Shown piece by piece: positions 47,314-60,149 of a stretch of 64,000 bases of DNA. The position numbers were made by a program, and so were the translations under genes. Each line of letters begins with the position of its first letter. Position 1 is the first letter of the stretch. The notes beneath the pieces are model-generated. The model worked only from the letters and a program-made list of their open reading frames with translations, was not told the DNA's origin and made no database searches. Source of the stretch: Eledone cirrhosa (Eukaryota); contig OZ024743.1 in the NCBI GenBank assembly GCA_964016885.1, positions 113,894,001 to 113,958,000 on the forward strand, in the 5' to 3' direction.

Positions 47314-48356
47314 CTGAAAATAAAACAAATGGATATAAAAAATTAAATAGAAATTAGGTACAAAAAGAATTAGATGTAGTGTGCAAGAGAGAAGATTTGG
47401 CTGGTATGGTATGGACATGAGGTGCAGATGGCTGATGATTATTGGGTAAAGAAGTGCCAAGAAATACCAGTGGAAAGTACCTGCAGTCAAGGAGCACTGA
47501 GGAAGACTTGGGCAGAGGTGGTGAGAGCAGATCTCAAAACAGTGAAGCTCACATAGAAAATGACAAAGAAATGCAACAAGTGGAAGGATGCGATGCTGGA
47601 AAAGACTCATCCAGCACATGCACCCACGGAAAAAGTGGACGTAAAATGATAATGAAAATGATGGTAATGAGGGAAATTACTCTCACATACACACACTAAC
47701 ACACACAAGGTGATTTAGCAGTTATTTCTAGCAAGTCGAAAAACCACATAGAGGCCTATATCATTAACTTGTATGCCAAATGGTTATTCACCTCCTCCAC
47801 GGTGGCATAACAAATTTGAAACACATTTCTTATGTGTCTGAGGTTGTAACGGTTAGAGAGAGAGGGAGGGGGAGAGAGAGGGGAGAGAGAGTGAGTGAGA
47901 GTGTGTGTGTATGCTCTGGGAGTATTTATTATGTCACCAAAACTAGATGGGTTTTCATGCCTTTGACACAATAAAAAAATTCCTCGACCTTTTTTATTTT
48001 TGACATGGTTTCTACAGCTAGATGCCCTTCCTATCATGATATAGATACTGTGTATATCAGGCTTAGAATACAGAAACCATTTACCAGAGTGTCACAGTCA
48101 TGGTGTCTAAATGAGGTGACACTATGAAGGACATCCAGCCATAAAATACCTCAAAAAGGACTCCATTAATGAAAAGCTTGCCATGGAGCCCACAAGACTA
48201 CTACCCGCTTTGGCAAAGACCTTAAAACACTCATATATAAAGCACACAAGATGAAATTTCAAATTCACTGCTACTTTTCCACTTAAAATATAAAATTCTA
48301 CATTCTATCCAACAGTGCTGAGTGCTATATTCAGTTAATGTTTGAATGTTTTAAAT

Positions 48357-48714
48357 GAGAGGTGTGCCACATATTCCATTGGTGGGCCACTTTTGAACAT
48401 TGGAACAACTATTAGGGCCAGTCACAGTCAAAAATATGTAATCTAATGAAAACCAGTGAATTGAGTCATAAATACATTGTGAATACATTTTTAAACAATA
48501 AAGACAAATAACATGGAACTAAGAAATTATAACACACATAACCCAATCAGTGAAGCCCTTTAGTATAGGTCAACTAACATAAAATTGTATTACGGTTACG
48601 AAAAAAATTCTAAATAAGCCTACAATGTAAAAATTAAAAACGGTCATCGCGGGCCACTCTGACTGGTCAGGCGGGCCAGATTGTGGCCCGCAGGCCACCT
48701 GTTGCTCGCCCTTG
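48357..48714. mobile_element. hAT (Charlie-like) non-autonomous DNA transposon
   Basis: Perfect 8-bp TSD ttttaaat (48349-48356 / 48715-48722); subterminal gcgggcc/tggcccgc motifs; degenerate TIRs. Confidence 0.8.
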
Positions 48715-49454
48715 TTTTAAATACTATAGTAAAAAGGGTAAAGAGTAAAGAACTCCTTTAGTCATGAATGACCATGGGATTTGAACCTAGAAAGGTCCCC
48801 TCCAAGGCAGAAGTCCGGGCAAGGTTGCTTGTGGAAGGCCAGTAGTCGCCCATGCATACCAGTCTCCCCTCTCCACACCACCAATGCTATCCAAGGAAAT
48901 GGGAAAAGTCGATACAGTTTGGCACCAGTGATGTCACAACTCATTTCGACAGCTGAGTAAACTGGAGCAACATGAAATAAAGTGTCTTGCTCAAGGACAC
49001 AATGCATCACCCAGTCAGAGAATCAATCAAACTCACAACCTCTGAGTATTTTGAATATTTATTCTAGTATATACCCACACTGCATGGTTGTGTATATATC
49101 ATGTGTAACAGTGTACTAATACAGACATACTACACTTATATTACGCATATGTGTGTTAACTTATACATCATCTTATAACATATAAGTGTTAACCGAAAGA
49201 CTTATACATTATCATTGAGGAATGTTATTTCATTATAGTAAATTATACACAATTTAATTAAGAAAGTGCCACTGCCTCTGGAACCACCACTGCCACCATC
49301 ATCATCATCATCATTGTATATTTTCTGCCAAAAGGTAAACACATTTTCTTGTTCTTACACCTATTTAGTTACACCTTTACTATTTATAATTAAGTAATAT
49401 AGCCAGGTTTTTAATTTTATGACTAACTACAGTAAAGATATTTACTTAGACACT

Positions 49455-50145
49455 GGCTTTCTTCCATACACATCTAGCTATTTATTGCTCACTCCATCCT
49501 TCCATACATATCTAAATCTTTATTGCCCACTCCAAAATTCCATACATATCCCATTCTAACATTCCATACATATATAGCTCATTATTGCCCACTCCATCCT
49601 TCCCTATATATATATATCTACCTCTTTATTGGCCACTCCATCTTTCTATACATATCCAGGCCTTTATTGTCTACTCCATCCTTCCATACATATCTAGCTC
49701 ATTATTGCCCATTTTATGTAAAAAAATCTGTTAAATCTCCTGCATAATCACAACATTAAAAACTGAAGTAGTTGAAATTCTTCATTGATACTGTTGGGTA
49801 TGAAATATAGAGAGGGTAGGTGAGAATGTGAAGAAGGAATAGGGGAATGTAAAGAGAGAGTAAGACAATGTGAAGAGGTGGAGATGGAATGAGGGAATGT
49901 GAATAGGTGGAAATGGAATGAGGGAATGTGAAGAGGTGGAGATGGAATGAGGGAATGTGGAGAGAGGGGGGAATGGAGAGAGGGGGGAATGGTGAGAGGG
50001 GGATATGGAATGAAAGAATGGTGTGTGTGAGATAGATGGAATGAGGGAATGGTGTGTGTGAGAGACGGAATAAAAGAATGGTGTGTGGCAAAGAGATGGA
50101 ATGAGGGAATGGTGTGTATGAGAGAGATGGAATGAAAGAATGGTA
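49455..50145. repeat. Two adjacent degenerate minisatellites
   Basis: ccttccatacatatctagctcattattgcccactccat units at 49455-49712 and gagatggaatgagggaatg(g)tg units at 49810-50145. Confidence 0.75.
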
Positions 50146-51016
50146 AAACAGATCATTTGAATACATTTAGTGAGTTCCATGCATGTAATGTATATATATG
50201 TATGTATGTATATATGTAAATATATATATGTATCCAGTCCACATGACCACTTTACAGCATGGGATGAGTGCTTTTAGTTTGACACCTACACAACCACTTT
50301 ACAGTGTGAGCTGGATGCTTTTTGTCATGACACCTACACGACCACTTTACAATATATATATGTATGTATATAAATGAAGTATTTCCGTCAGAAAGGTACA
50401 AAAAAAAAGAGTGCTCTATGTAGGCTACAGTTCAACATATTCATGATTCTACCTATACACGTATGTAGCCTTTCTCTCACAAACAACAATACAGCAATAC
50501 ATACACATACACCTTGGTATACAAATACACTCTTGATATACAAACCACCATTAATAATCAGTTATAAAGAGTCAAAGAAGGGAACTTTTGCATATTTGCT
50601 CAGCTTGCTAGAAATAGCAACCACATCTCCCTCAAATCACATTCTGTCTTAAATATGGATAATGTATCTAGGCATACATTACATAATGTAGTCTTAGATA
50701 CATTATGTCTAAAAGAACTACAAAAAATAAACCAAGTCATGATTAATGGGTGGAATGCATTTGGTTATAGGTCTACCTGATCAAGGTTGATCTAGGGTCA
50801 CACAATTGTGTCTAATTTACTCAGAAGATCAGCAAATTTGGAGTCAATTATATCAAGCCCAGTACTTAACTGGTACTTTATTTCATTAACCCCAGAAGGA
50901 TGAAGCAAAGTCTACTTCTGCAGGATTTGAACACAAAATATAGAGAGCTGGAAAGGAAAGTTGGTTGTATGAGATTATAAAGAACAGGAAGAGATGGTGC
51001 AAAGTAATTTGTAATG

Positions 51017-51352
51017 GGTAAAGACTCCTTTTAGTCACAAATGATCATGGGATTTGCACCTAGAAAGTTCTCAGATATAAGTTCAGGCAAGGTTGTTTGT
51101 AGAAAACCAGCAGTCACCTATGCATATCAATCTCTCCTCTCCAAGCCACTGATGTTGTCCAAGAGAAAGGCAACGGCTGATACAGCTTGGCACCAGTGAC
51201 ATCGCAACTCATTTCTACAGCTGAGTAAACTGGAGCAACGTGAAAATAAAGTGTCTTGCTCAAGGACACAACATATCACCCAGACTCAGAATCAAACTCA
51301 CAACCTCACGATTGCAAGCCTAGCGCTCTAACCACTAAGCCATGCGCCTTCA
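51017..51352 (-). mobile_element. tRNA SINE with the same head and body but a different 3' tail
   Basis: Shares ctcatttctacagctgagtaaactggagcaac...gtgtcttgctcaagga with the SINE above; different tail (atgaccatgggat...cctagaaag). Another copy at 48745-49040; degenerate relatives at 8233-8510, 30757-31040, 31140-31440 and 53010-53345. Confidence 0.8.
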
Positions 51353-52104
51353 CGCGTAATTTGTATAATGGTCTAATAATTCTCCCAGTCTACAGCACCC
51401 AGTTCACCAAACAACAACAACCTATATCAGCTCAAAACAATACATATCCTGCTCCCACCTGCCCTCCCCCATTACAGAGATTCATGACACCCATCCTCTC
51501 CTCTTTTTTATAACAGAGAAGCCAGACATCCACCTTCCTTCCTCATTAGAAAGCTACCAGACAATTTACTTGAGATGTAGCAGAATGGAATTATGTTTGG
51601 ATCAGTTAACAGCAGTTGGTTTTATTTCTCAAGTTTTCTGTTGATCTTTACATCCATCCCGCTCTCATTAAGTCTTGTCTACTGAAGCATACCAACCACT
51701 GCCTGATAGCTTTCTTGCTTGCTTCCTTATTCTAAATGTCATTGCCATCATAATAGCTGACTTCTGTCACTTCACACCTGGTAATTACACAGCAGTAATT
51801 TTAACTACCACCACCACTACTGCCTCCACCATTCCTGTTGATGCTGCTGCCACCACAATTACTAGCGCCACCACCAATACAAGTTTGTGTCAGTAATGCT
51901 ATTACATGTTATCTAACTGAGTTCAAATTTAACAGAATTTACTTCACCTTCATAATTTGGTTGTTAGACAAGGACAACAGATTGTATCGGTTATTTCATC
52001 AATATTTCCAATATATATTTTTATTTATCTTTTATTCAATTCTTTGTATTAACACAATTTATATAATTAATTACAGTAACAAAAATAATAATAATAATAA
52101 TAAT

Positions 52105-52292
52105 AATTGTTTCTACTTTAGGCACAAGGCCAGCAAATACCCAGTGCATTACTGGTACTTTATTTTATCGACCACGTAAGGATGAAAGGCAAAGTCAACC
52201 TCGGCGGGATTTGAACTCAGATCGTAAAGGGACGTAACTATGGTGGAAAGCATGGCGTCCGACCCTCTACCGGTACTGCCAATCCACCGCCC
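52105..52292 (-). mobile_element. tRNA SINE with Nin/Deu-like core and (ATT)n tail (full-length example)
   Basis: GGCGGTGGATTGGCAGTACCGG (A box), GAGTTCAAATCC (B box), core gcctttcatccttacgtggtcgataaaataaagtacc. Other copies at about 6297, 28460, 28915, 29140, 36108, 43850, 45900, 50830, 54546, 56271 and 63645. Confidence 0.88.
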
Positions 52293-52880
52293 TTAATAAT
52301 AATAATGACTATAATAATGGCAATAATAATAAAAAAAAGGAAACAAAAGGAAAGTAAAAATGAGAAAAAAAGAGAATAGGAAGAAAAAAGAGAAAAAGAA
52401 AAGAAAAAGAACGGAAAGGGGAGGGGATGGCAAGGGCTCTGGTGTTACAGAAGAGAGGGGAGGGTGATTGGGAAAGGGGGCAGAAATGCTGTGCCCCGCT
52501 GACAAGACAGGAAAAGCATTCCCCCCAGCATTCCCCCACTGCAACAACCACCCAACCTCACGGGGTTCCCTCCTCAGACAGACCACCAATGCTCCTATCT
52601 TGCAGAGGAGCTCGGTAGTGCGGGGTCCAATTACACCTCAGGTCTCAACGGAGAGCAGTGCGAAGAGGAAGCAACCGGACAAACTCCGGTATTTGTTTAT
52701 TTTACGTTCTTCTGTGAGGCAGGCTGTGATGCCGGGGTTTGTGGCAGAAGCGACTAAGTTGGCAGCGGAGAACGTGTCACAGCAGGTGGCATCCCAGATA
52801 AGGGATCTACCTCCTTCAAATTGGAAGAGGGTGATTCTGTCGGGTGCTTGGCATTTCTGCGGCCTAGGCCTGCTGGCTCC
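52293..52880 (-). mobile_element. CRE-like non-LTR retrotransposon 3' fragment (restriction-like endonuclease pseudogene)
   Basis: Manual translation: PDRITLFQFEGGRSLIWDATCCDTF...EERKINKYRSL...VET*GVIG...EPREVGWLLQ...GNA, the PD...D...KxxKY...ETxG...GNA RLE pattern. T-rich 3' UTR and (ATT)n tail. Confidence 0.78.
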
Positions 52881-53705
52881 AGTTGAGATGGAAAGCCAGC
52901 AATTATTTACATATCTGTAGTCTTGTGCCTGCCAATATAAGAAATCACCACCACCACCATCATCAATGTTCTTACTCTATTTATTTCTTATGTAATAGAA
53001 GCTTTCTGTGAAGGCAAGTAAGTGGTTTAGTGGTTACAGTATTCTGCTTAAGGTTGTAAGTTTGATTCTCGGCGGTGTACTCTATCCTTGATTAACCCTT
53101 TAGCTTTTAAACTAGCCATATCCAGTCAGAATTCTGTTCAAACTGGCTGAAACTGGCTTAAGGTATCATTCTCAAAATAAATAATATCACGATCTCATAG
53201 TTTCGATATTATGTGAGATAATTATGTGAGATAAAGTGTTCACCATGAAAATACAATAGTAAATATAGAGTAATGTAAATGCTAAAGGGTTAAAACACTT
53301 TATTTCATGTTGCTCCAATTCATTCAGCTGGCATTCACTACTGAGAACTACCATACCAACAATGCATGTGTTTGTAAAATACTTGGACTTTTGCACATTA
53401 ATTTCATTGCTGAAACTGATGAAAGTCCTCTATACACTAAAAGCTTGAAAACAAATTTTTGATTTAATTAATTTTTTTTTTTTTTAACCCTTTAGTTACC
53501 ATAAAATAAAACCACCCATTTTAAAGGTTTGCAATTCAAATTAAAATCTTCCAACATAATTTTTTATAAGAACCTTACATTAAGTTACTACCTTAGTAAT
53601 GAAATAATAATTTTAGTAAATCCCTCCAAATTCTTAAAATAGAGTATATTTCATTAGAAATACGGTCATGATAGGATTAATGAACAAAGAAAACAGGTAA
53701 CTTAC

Positions 53706-53842
53706 TTTCCAAATATTGATGGAGTCCCACTGTGAATGGTAACGAACTCTGCATTTTAATAAATGAGTATGGTTCCATGATAAATTGGTGCAACTGCTGT
53801 TATAAGGTTGGCATCTGATGCTGTGCAGTTTAGCTGGTTTAA
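53706..53842 (-). CDS. Cytokine receptor exon B (first half of D2 FN3)
   Basis: Not in the ORF track. ctatag|TT...TGGAAA|gtaagt; phases 1 to 0. (V)KPAKLHSIRCQPYNSSCTNLSWNHTHLLKCRVRYHSQWDSINIWK resembles the VKPxPP...LSW...C-x-V-R-Y...W pattern of gp130-family D2. Confidence 0.82.
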
Positions 53843-54000
53843 CTATAGTTTTTTTATATCAGAATAAAAAGAAAAGAAATTAAAAAAATTACTCAAGAAA
53901 AAATTCAAATTATATTCCATAAGGAAAGATAGAAGATGATGGGAGGAGAGGGGGTATGATGGTGGGGAAGAGGGGGAATAAGGGTAGGATTATAATAATA

Positions 54001-54533
54001 ATAATGAAATTATTGTGTACAGTGCTCAGGTGCACTACAACTCATCAAAGGTGCATGTATAGTACATAGAATAATGTACAAATGTCAGGAAAATGAACAG
54101 TGTACGAGTCATGATATAATAACAATAACAATAATGAAATATTGTGTACAGTGCCCAGGTGCACCACAACTCATCAAAAAAGTGCATGTACAGTACATAG
54201 GGCAATGCACAAACATCAGTAAAATGAACAGTGCACGAGTCAGGATACACACGTGTGCATGTGTATGGAAGGGGGACATCAGGTGTAGTTTTGGCGTATT
54301 TCGGGAAGCATGAGTGTCTTAAAGGATGCAGTGTCTCGGCAGCTAACAATTGACGCAGGCAGTTTGTTCCATGCTTCAGCAACTCTGAGTGTGAAAAAAT
54401 GTCTACGAAAGTCATGGGAGCTGTGCTGTTTTCTGATCTTGTAGGCATGTCCACGTGTGTTAGACACATGGAGATCAAAGAGGCGCTCAGGGTTGCAATT
54501 GGCGAGATGGTTAAAAACTTTGTGGGTATTCAC
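54001..54533 (-). mobile_element. CR1-clade LINE 3' fragment with duplicated 3' end
   Basis: TRGHAYKI...FRRHFFTLRVAEAWNKLP motif; the terminal segment (tattgtgtacagtgc.caggtgcac.acaactcatcaaa) occurs twice, at about 54011 and 54140. Confidence 0.88.
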
Positions 54534-55552
54534 TCTTATCTACAATAATTGTTTCTACTTTTGGCACAAGGCCAGCAATTATCCCAGTGCATTACTAGTA
54601 CTTTATTTTACTGACCCTGTAAGGATGAAAGGCAAAGTTAACCTCGGCGGGGTTTCAACTTAGAACGCAAAGGGCCATAACTCTATGCTGCAAAGCATGG
54701 TGTCTGATGCTGTCATGACATGTCGTCAAGTGTTATGTTTGATTATAAAACATGATTAATCAAAATCTTTAACAGTGGCTTAACCCATTAGCATTTAAAC
54801 CAGTCATATCCAGCCTGAGTTCTCTCACCTCTTTCTGTTCAAATCAGTTGTAACCAGCCACTCATACTGATGTTAAGGTATTGTTCTCAAAATAAATAAT
54901 ACCAAAATCTCATAGATTTCATATTATGTGAAATAATTATGTGAGGTAAAGCCTTTACCATGAAAATACAATAGTAAATATAGAGTAATGTAAATGCTAA
55001 AGGGTTAAAACACTTGTTTATATTGGGTTCCTTAATGTTTTATGACTTACTCCTTTTGATACTAACCCAGTAAAATTCGGCTCTGGTTCGATGAAACAAA
55101 ACCACTTATTTAAAATGGTTCTTATATAAAAAGGAGGGTGTTGTATCTGACACAACTGAAAAGTCCCCCCCATCCTTTGTTTGGCAGGTTTTTTACAACT
55201 GGATGCCATTCCTATCACCATCCTTCTTACAGAATGTACTGAATGTATTTATTGTGTAGATCACCAACACTCAAGAGGTTTGTCAAGTCTGACACAGCCG
55301 AAGGGTCTTCCCAACCCTTTCTTTGGCTGCATGTCCTTCCTATCACTAGCCACTTTATAGAGTCTACTGTGCATTAATCATGTTAGTAATTTTAGTAAAT
55401 CCTTCCAAATTCTTCATTAATTTATTGAAATAAACAGGCAATGTATTTCATTAAAAATATTGTAACAGAAAGGTTAATTACTCAACAAATATAGAGATAA
55501 AATAAGTACCAGACTGAAATAAGAACTGGAGTTTTATATAATCAACAAGACC

Positions 55553-55815
55553 CTTTGAAGTTTGCACCGAAATTTCAAGGCATATTATGCACAATAAAAA
55601 CATTCATTTTCTTGATCACCTAGGGCCTGCATTAGGTGAAAACCTGTATTTTTCCTGCTTCATCAGGGAAAATCTTAAAGATTATCCAACCATCAGAGTA
55701 TTCGGTTTATTTTCTTTACATATTGTCCAGGCATGCAGTTTTTCCACGATTAGGTCTGTTGGCAGCCCGTGTTCCAAAATACCTTATCCCGTGCAATGCC
55801 GGGTACCACTGCTAG
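55553..55815 (+). mobile_element. Helitron-like 3' fragment
   Basis: Hairpin CCCG-tgcaatgc-CGGG followed 8 nt later by CTAG|T; left boundary approximate. Confidence 0.65.
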
Positions 55816-56832
55816 TGTATGATAAATGCAGGGCAGTTTCAGACTGTTTGGTATCACAAAGGGTTTAAAATAGGTTTACAAAAACCCTTTTGAATGAAAT
55901 GGATAATTTTGTGTTCATTAGTGTGGCTGACAGGCCAGGTAACAGCTGGTACCACTCATAATACACAGTCTTCACAGATCAGTGATTTGTGTGGGGGAAG
56001 AATATCTTTCACTCAAGTAAGGGAAAAATAAGGAAAAACAGTAGAAAAAAATGAGTGCTTCCATGGAGAAAGCTTCTTCTATATTAGGGAGAATTTTTGT
56101 GGTTGACAGCTGGGTGTCATTTCTCAATGTATTCAACCATAAAACAAAAGCTGTACAACCTTTTGTTTTCTATATAGGTTGATTAAGATAAGTGTAAGGA
56201 AAGAAGATCCCTTTGTGTTGTTGTCAGTGGGGAAATTTGAAGTCATGCCACAGTATAAGATAATAATAATAATTGTTTCTACTTTATGCACAAGGCCAGC
56301 AATTACCCAGTACATTACTGGTACTTTATTTTATCGACCCCGTAAGGATGAAAGGCAAAGTTAACCTCGGCGGGATTTGAACTCAGAATGTAAAGGGACG
56401 TAACTATGCTATAAATAATAATAATGGAACTGGAGTAGACAGTTTGACCAACCACAACACAGTATCATCATCATCATCGTCATCATCATCCTTTTTACAG
56501 TTGTCTTTCCTTACTAGCATGGGTTGGACAGCTGTTTTCCAGCACAGCTGGTGTGTTCCTTTGTCATCTCTATGAGGTTCAGCATTTTGAGATTAGTTGT
56601 CACCATCTATGCCTATGTTTTCCTTGGCCTTCTTCTACTGTAAGCACTTACTTGTGTATGACAGCAATCAACCCACCTTTAGTCCTTATTCAAAAAATAT
56701 TTACCTTAGCCTATTATTACCATTATATTATTTTAATTACTATTATTGTTATCACTATTATATTATTACCATCATCATAAATATTATTAACATTATTGTT
56801 ATTATTTGTTGTTATTATTATTATGCCAGTAA

Positions 56833-57375
56833 GGCGGTGGATTGGCAGTATCGGTAGAGGGTCGAGTTACGACCCTTTATGGTCTGAGTTCAAATCCCAC
56901 CACGGTTAACTTTGCCTTTCATCCTTACGGGGTCGATAAAATAAAGTACCAGTAATACACTCGGATAATTGCTGGCCTTGTGCCAAATGTAGAAACAATT
57001 ATTATTATGCCAGTATCAGTAGAGCATCAGACACCATGCTTTGCGGCATAGAGTTGTGTCCCTTTACGTTCTGAGTTCAAATCCTGCCAAGGTTAACTTT
57101 GCCTTTCATCCTTACAGGGTTGATAAAATAAAGCATCAGTAATACACTGGGATAATTGCTGGCCTTGTGCCAAATGTAGAAACAATTATTATTATGCCAG
57201 TATCAGTAGAGCATCAGACACCATGCTTTGCAGCATAGAATTGTGTCCCTTTACGTTCTGAGCTCAAATCCTGCCAAGGTTAACTTTGCCTTTCATCCTT
57301 ACAGGGTTGATAAAATAAAGCATCAGTAATACACTGGGGTAATTGTTAGCCTTGTGCCAAAAGTAGAAATATTAT
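56833..57375 (+). repeat. Head-to-tail array of three Nin-type SINEs
   Basis: Units 2 and 3 (period about 186 bp) are nearly identical and share the same 5' truncation. Confidence 0.85.
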
Positions 57376-57388
57376 TATAGTTGTCATT

Positions 57389-57721
57389 CATCATTTCATT
57401 TTACGTCAACTTTTCCCTGCTTGCAAGGGTGGGACGGGAACTAATTCTGGCTTGATTTCTACAGCTGGATGCCCTTCCTAACACCAACCTCATTTACAGT
57501 GAGTGCTGGGTGCTTTTTTGCTGTGGCACCTGCACGACCACTTTGCAGTGGAATGATAGGGACCCCAGTCCCTATCATCTCATTTCTACAGCTGAGTAAA
57601 CTGGAGCAATGTGAAATAAAGTGTCTTGCTCAAGGAAACAACACATCACCCGGTCTGAGAATTGAACTCACAACCTTTCGATTGCAAGGCCAATGCTCTA
57701 ACCACTAAGCCATGTGCCTCC
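57389..57721 (-). mobile_element. Second copy of the RTE-tailed tRNA SINE
   Basis: Colinear with 1058-1454 but lacks one tail module; internal 11-bp hairpin atgatagggac-ccca-gtccctatcat. Confidence 0.88.
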
Positions 57722-58107
57722 AATACATTATTATTATTAATTTGATTATTATTAATACCTTCAGTATCTTTATGTTTAATGATACTACTTCTATTAATAT
57801 CATTTTTGCAAACATGGTAGCTGGAAAATATTCAACTATTCTAACAAGAAAATTAGTTTCCTGATTTTTTCATAGCAAGAAATTGTTCTTCCTGCTTCAC
57901 TTAATGAGGTAATTCTCCTTGCATACATTTCTCCACATGTCAAGAGAACATCTTCAAACATTACCTTTATGTCTTTCTATTTTCCGAAGACAATATTTGG
58001 TCACAATTTCTTTTAAATATTTATTTCTGCATCCACACATTGATAGTTTTCCGTTTCATAAGATCCCACTTTAGGTTAAACTTTTAACCTATGCTAATAA
58101 TAATAAT

Positions 58108-58900
58108 AATTGTTTCTACTTTAGGCACAAGGCCGGCAATTACTCAGTGCATTACTGGTACTTTATTTTATCGACCCCGTAAAGATGAAAGGCAAAGTCA
58201 ACCTCGGCGGGATTTGAACTCAGATCGTAAAGGGACGTAACTATGCTGGAAAGCATGGCGTCCGACCCTCTACCGATACTGCCAATCCGTAATAATGGTT
58301 TCATTTATTGGCCACAAGGGCTGAACTAAGAATAATTGTTTCTACTTTTGGCACAAGGCCAGCAATTATCCCAGTGTATTACTGGTACTTTATTTTATCG
58401 ACCCCTTAAGGATGAAAGGCAAAGTTAACCTCGGCGGGTTTTGAACTCAGTCCGTAAAGGGACGTAACTGTGCTGCATAATAATTCTTTCTACGTTAGGC
58501 ACAAGGCCAGCAATTACCCAGTGTATTACTGGTACTTTATTTTATCGACCCCGTAAGGATGAAAGGCAAAGTCAATCTCGGCGGGATTTGAACTCAGAAT
58601 GGCAAGGGCCGTAACTCTATACGTCAAAGCATAGCGTCCGACCCTCTACCGATACTGCCAATCCACCTGCATAATAATAATATATAATAATAATAATGAT
58701 TTCTACTATAGACTCAAGGCCATCAATTTGGAAAGAGGAGAAAGTCGATTAAATCAATCCCAGTGTGTGACTGGTACTTTATTTTATCGACCCCGTAAGC
58801 ATGAAAGGCAAAGTAACCTCAGCTAGATTTGAACTCAAAGGGGCGTAACTATGCTGCAAAGCATGGTGTCTGACCCGCTACTGATACTGCCAATCCACTG
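58108..58900 (-). repeat. Cluster of at least four co-oriented Nin-type SINEs separated by (AAT)n
   Basis: Repeated ggcacaaggcc...actggtactttattttatcgaccc...gatgaaaggcaaagt...gatttgaactcag units starting at about 58108, 58334, 58485 and 58698. Confidence 0.85.
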
Positions 58901-59017
58901 TGTGTGTGAGGGTGTGTATGTGTCCGTGTGTATGTGTCCGTGTGCACACTTGTGTTTACCTTTGTGTGCGTGTCAACTGATTGAAACAATTAAAAGAGAA
59001 TAGAAAACAATTCATAC

Positions 59018-59199
59018 CAATGAATGTAGAATAAATATAGAAGATGCTTGACTTTTCTATAATATTTTTTCTTGTGTTACGGACAGAGATCTGCATTCGA
59101 TAAATCTCGTCAGGCTGGAAGGAGAAGGGACCATCGTATAAGTTCCATCTACATGAGGTTGGTGTTTGGTGGGGACAGTTGTATTGACTCTTGCTGGAA
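59018..59199 (-). CDS. Domeless/gp130-like cytokine receptor, exon A (second half of cytokine-binding domain D1; first exon visible in window)
   Basis: Acceptor tttctctttttctag| and donor G|gtatga; phases 2 to 1. Translates SSKSQYNCPHQTPTSCRWNLYDGPFSFQPDEIYRMQISVRNTRKNIIEKSSIFYIYSTFI (Cys pair, Y-x-x-x-I-x-V-x-N strand). An alternative acceptor 6 nt downstream has the same phase. Confidence 0.8.
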
Positions 59200-59488
59200 C
59201 TAGAAAAAGAGAAAGAGAAAAAGTGATGGACTGATGGTGAAATAGAAGGGAGAGAAGACAATTGAAATATTAGCAAAGGTTGAGAGGAGGCGAGTGGAGA
59301 CCTGTAGGCACAGAAAAGAAAAAGATCTCTGAATACAAAACACCAAAATGAAAAATGACAAATGAGAAGTGATAGGGAAAGAGAAAGAAAAAAAGAGATG
59401 GATTGAGTGGAAAGGAGGAAGAGCGTTAAGGGGGGAGGGAAAAACAAAGACTTGTGAAAAAAGAGAGAGGCAGAAATAGAAGATAGTG

Positions 59489-59538
<50 letters not shown>

Positions 59539-60035
59539 GAGAGAGATTGGAATTAGCACTGAAAATATATTTTAGTGACCGTTTTTCTTTTTTTCCTTTT
59601 CTTTGATTTGTCAAAGTGGCATTCTTGAAAAAATGAAAGCGACAATTCTTTTAAAAAAAGAGTTTTATAATGTATATAAAGTATATAAAGTATTACCAGT
59701 TTCAATGAATTAGTAAAATTCCTTTTATCAAATATTAAGTAGAACATTTAAAAAGAATTAATAAGGATTAAAAACTAAAAATTAAAGTTTCAAAATTAAG
59801 TGTTGAGCATCTTCCTTGTTGAGAAGGAGACTGTAAAATGAACTCTTGTGTATATAGAAAGAGAGGTGTTAGTAGCAGCAGCAGTATTGGAAGTTGTATT
59901 CCATCACATAGAAAATCTCAATTGTGTTAGTGGCTTGGTCAGTGGTAGAACACTGGAGGTTATATCCGCAGTAGTAGAGCACTCAGTCAATGGAACGAGT
60001 TTGGTAGTAGTTCTACAACAGTTAATTAACCATTG

Positions 60036-60075
60036 CTGAGGACAATTTGTTTCACCTTACGGATCTTCAGCTCAG
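60036..60075 (-). ncRNA. Minimal type I hammerhead ribozyme
   Basis: Minus strand reads ctgag CTGAAGA t-cc-gtaa-gg-t GAAA caaattg TC ctcag: perfect 5-bp stem I, GNRA-capped mini stem II, canonical GUC site. Confidence 0.8.
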
Positions 60076-60109
60076 GTGAATGGTTTACATCCAGATGTAA
60101 ACCATTCAC

Positions 60110-60149
60110 CTAAGCTGAAGATGCGTAAGGTGAAACAAATTGTCCTTGG
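60110..60149 (+). ncRNA. Minimal type I hammerhead ribozyme (inverted partner; stem II weakened)
   Basis: ctaag CTGAAGA tgcgtaaggt GAAA caaattg TC cttgg; stem I is kept by A-U and G-U pairs. Confidence 0.65.

Noticed and set aside
49064-49090. Helitron 3' end on the minus strand
   Set aside because: Hairpin is degenerate and CTAG is followed by A rather than T; no 5' end identified.
52190-52292. tRNA genes
   Set aside because: The A/B-box sequences are SINE heads fused to SINE bodies; no complete cloverleaf.
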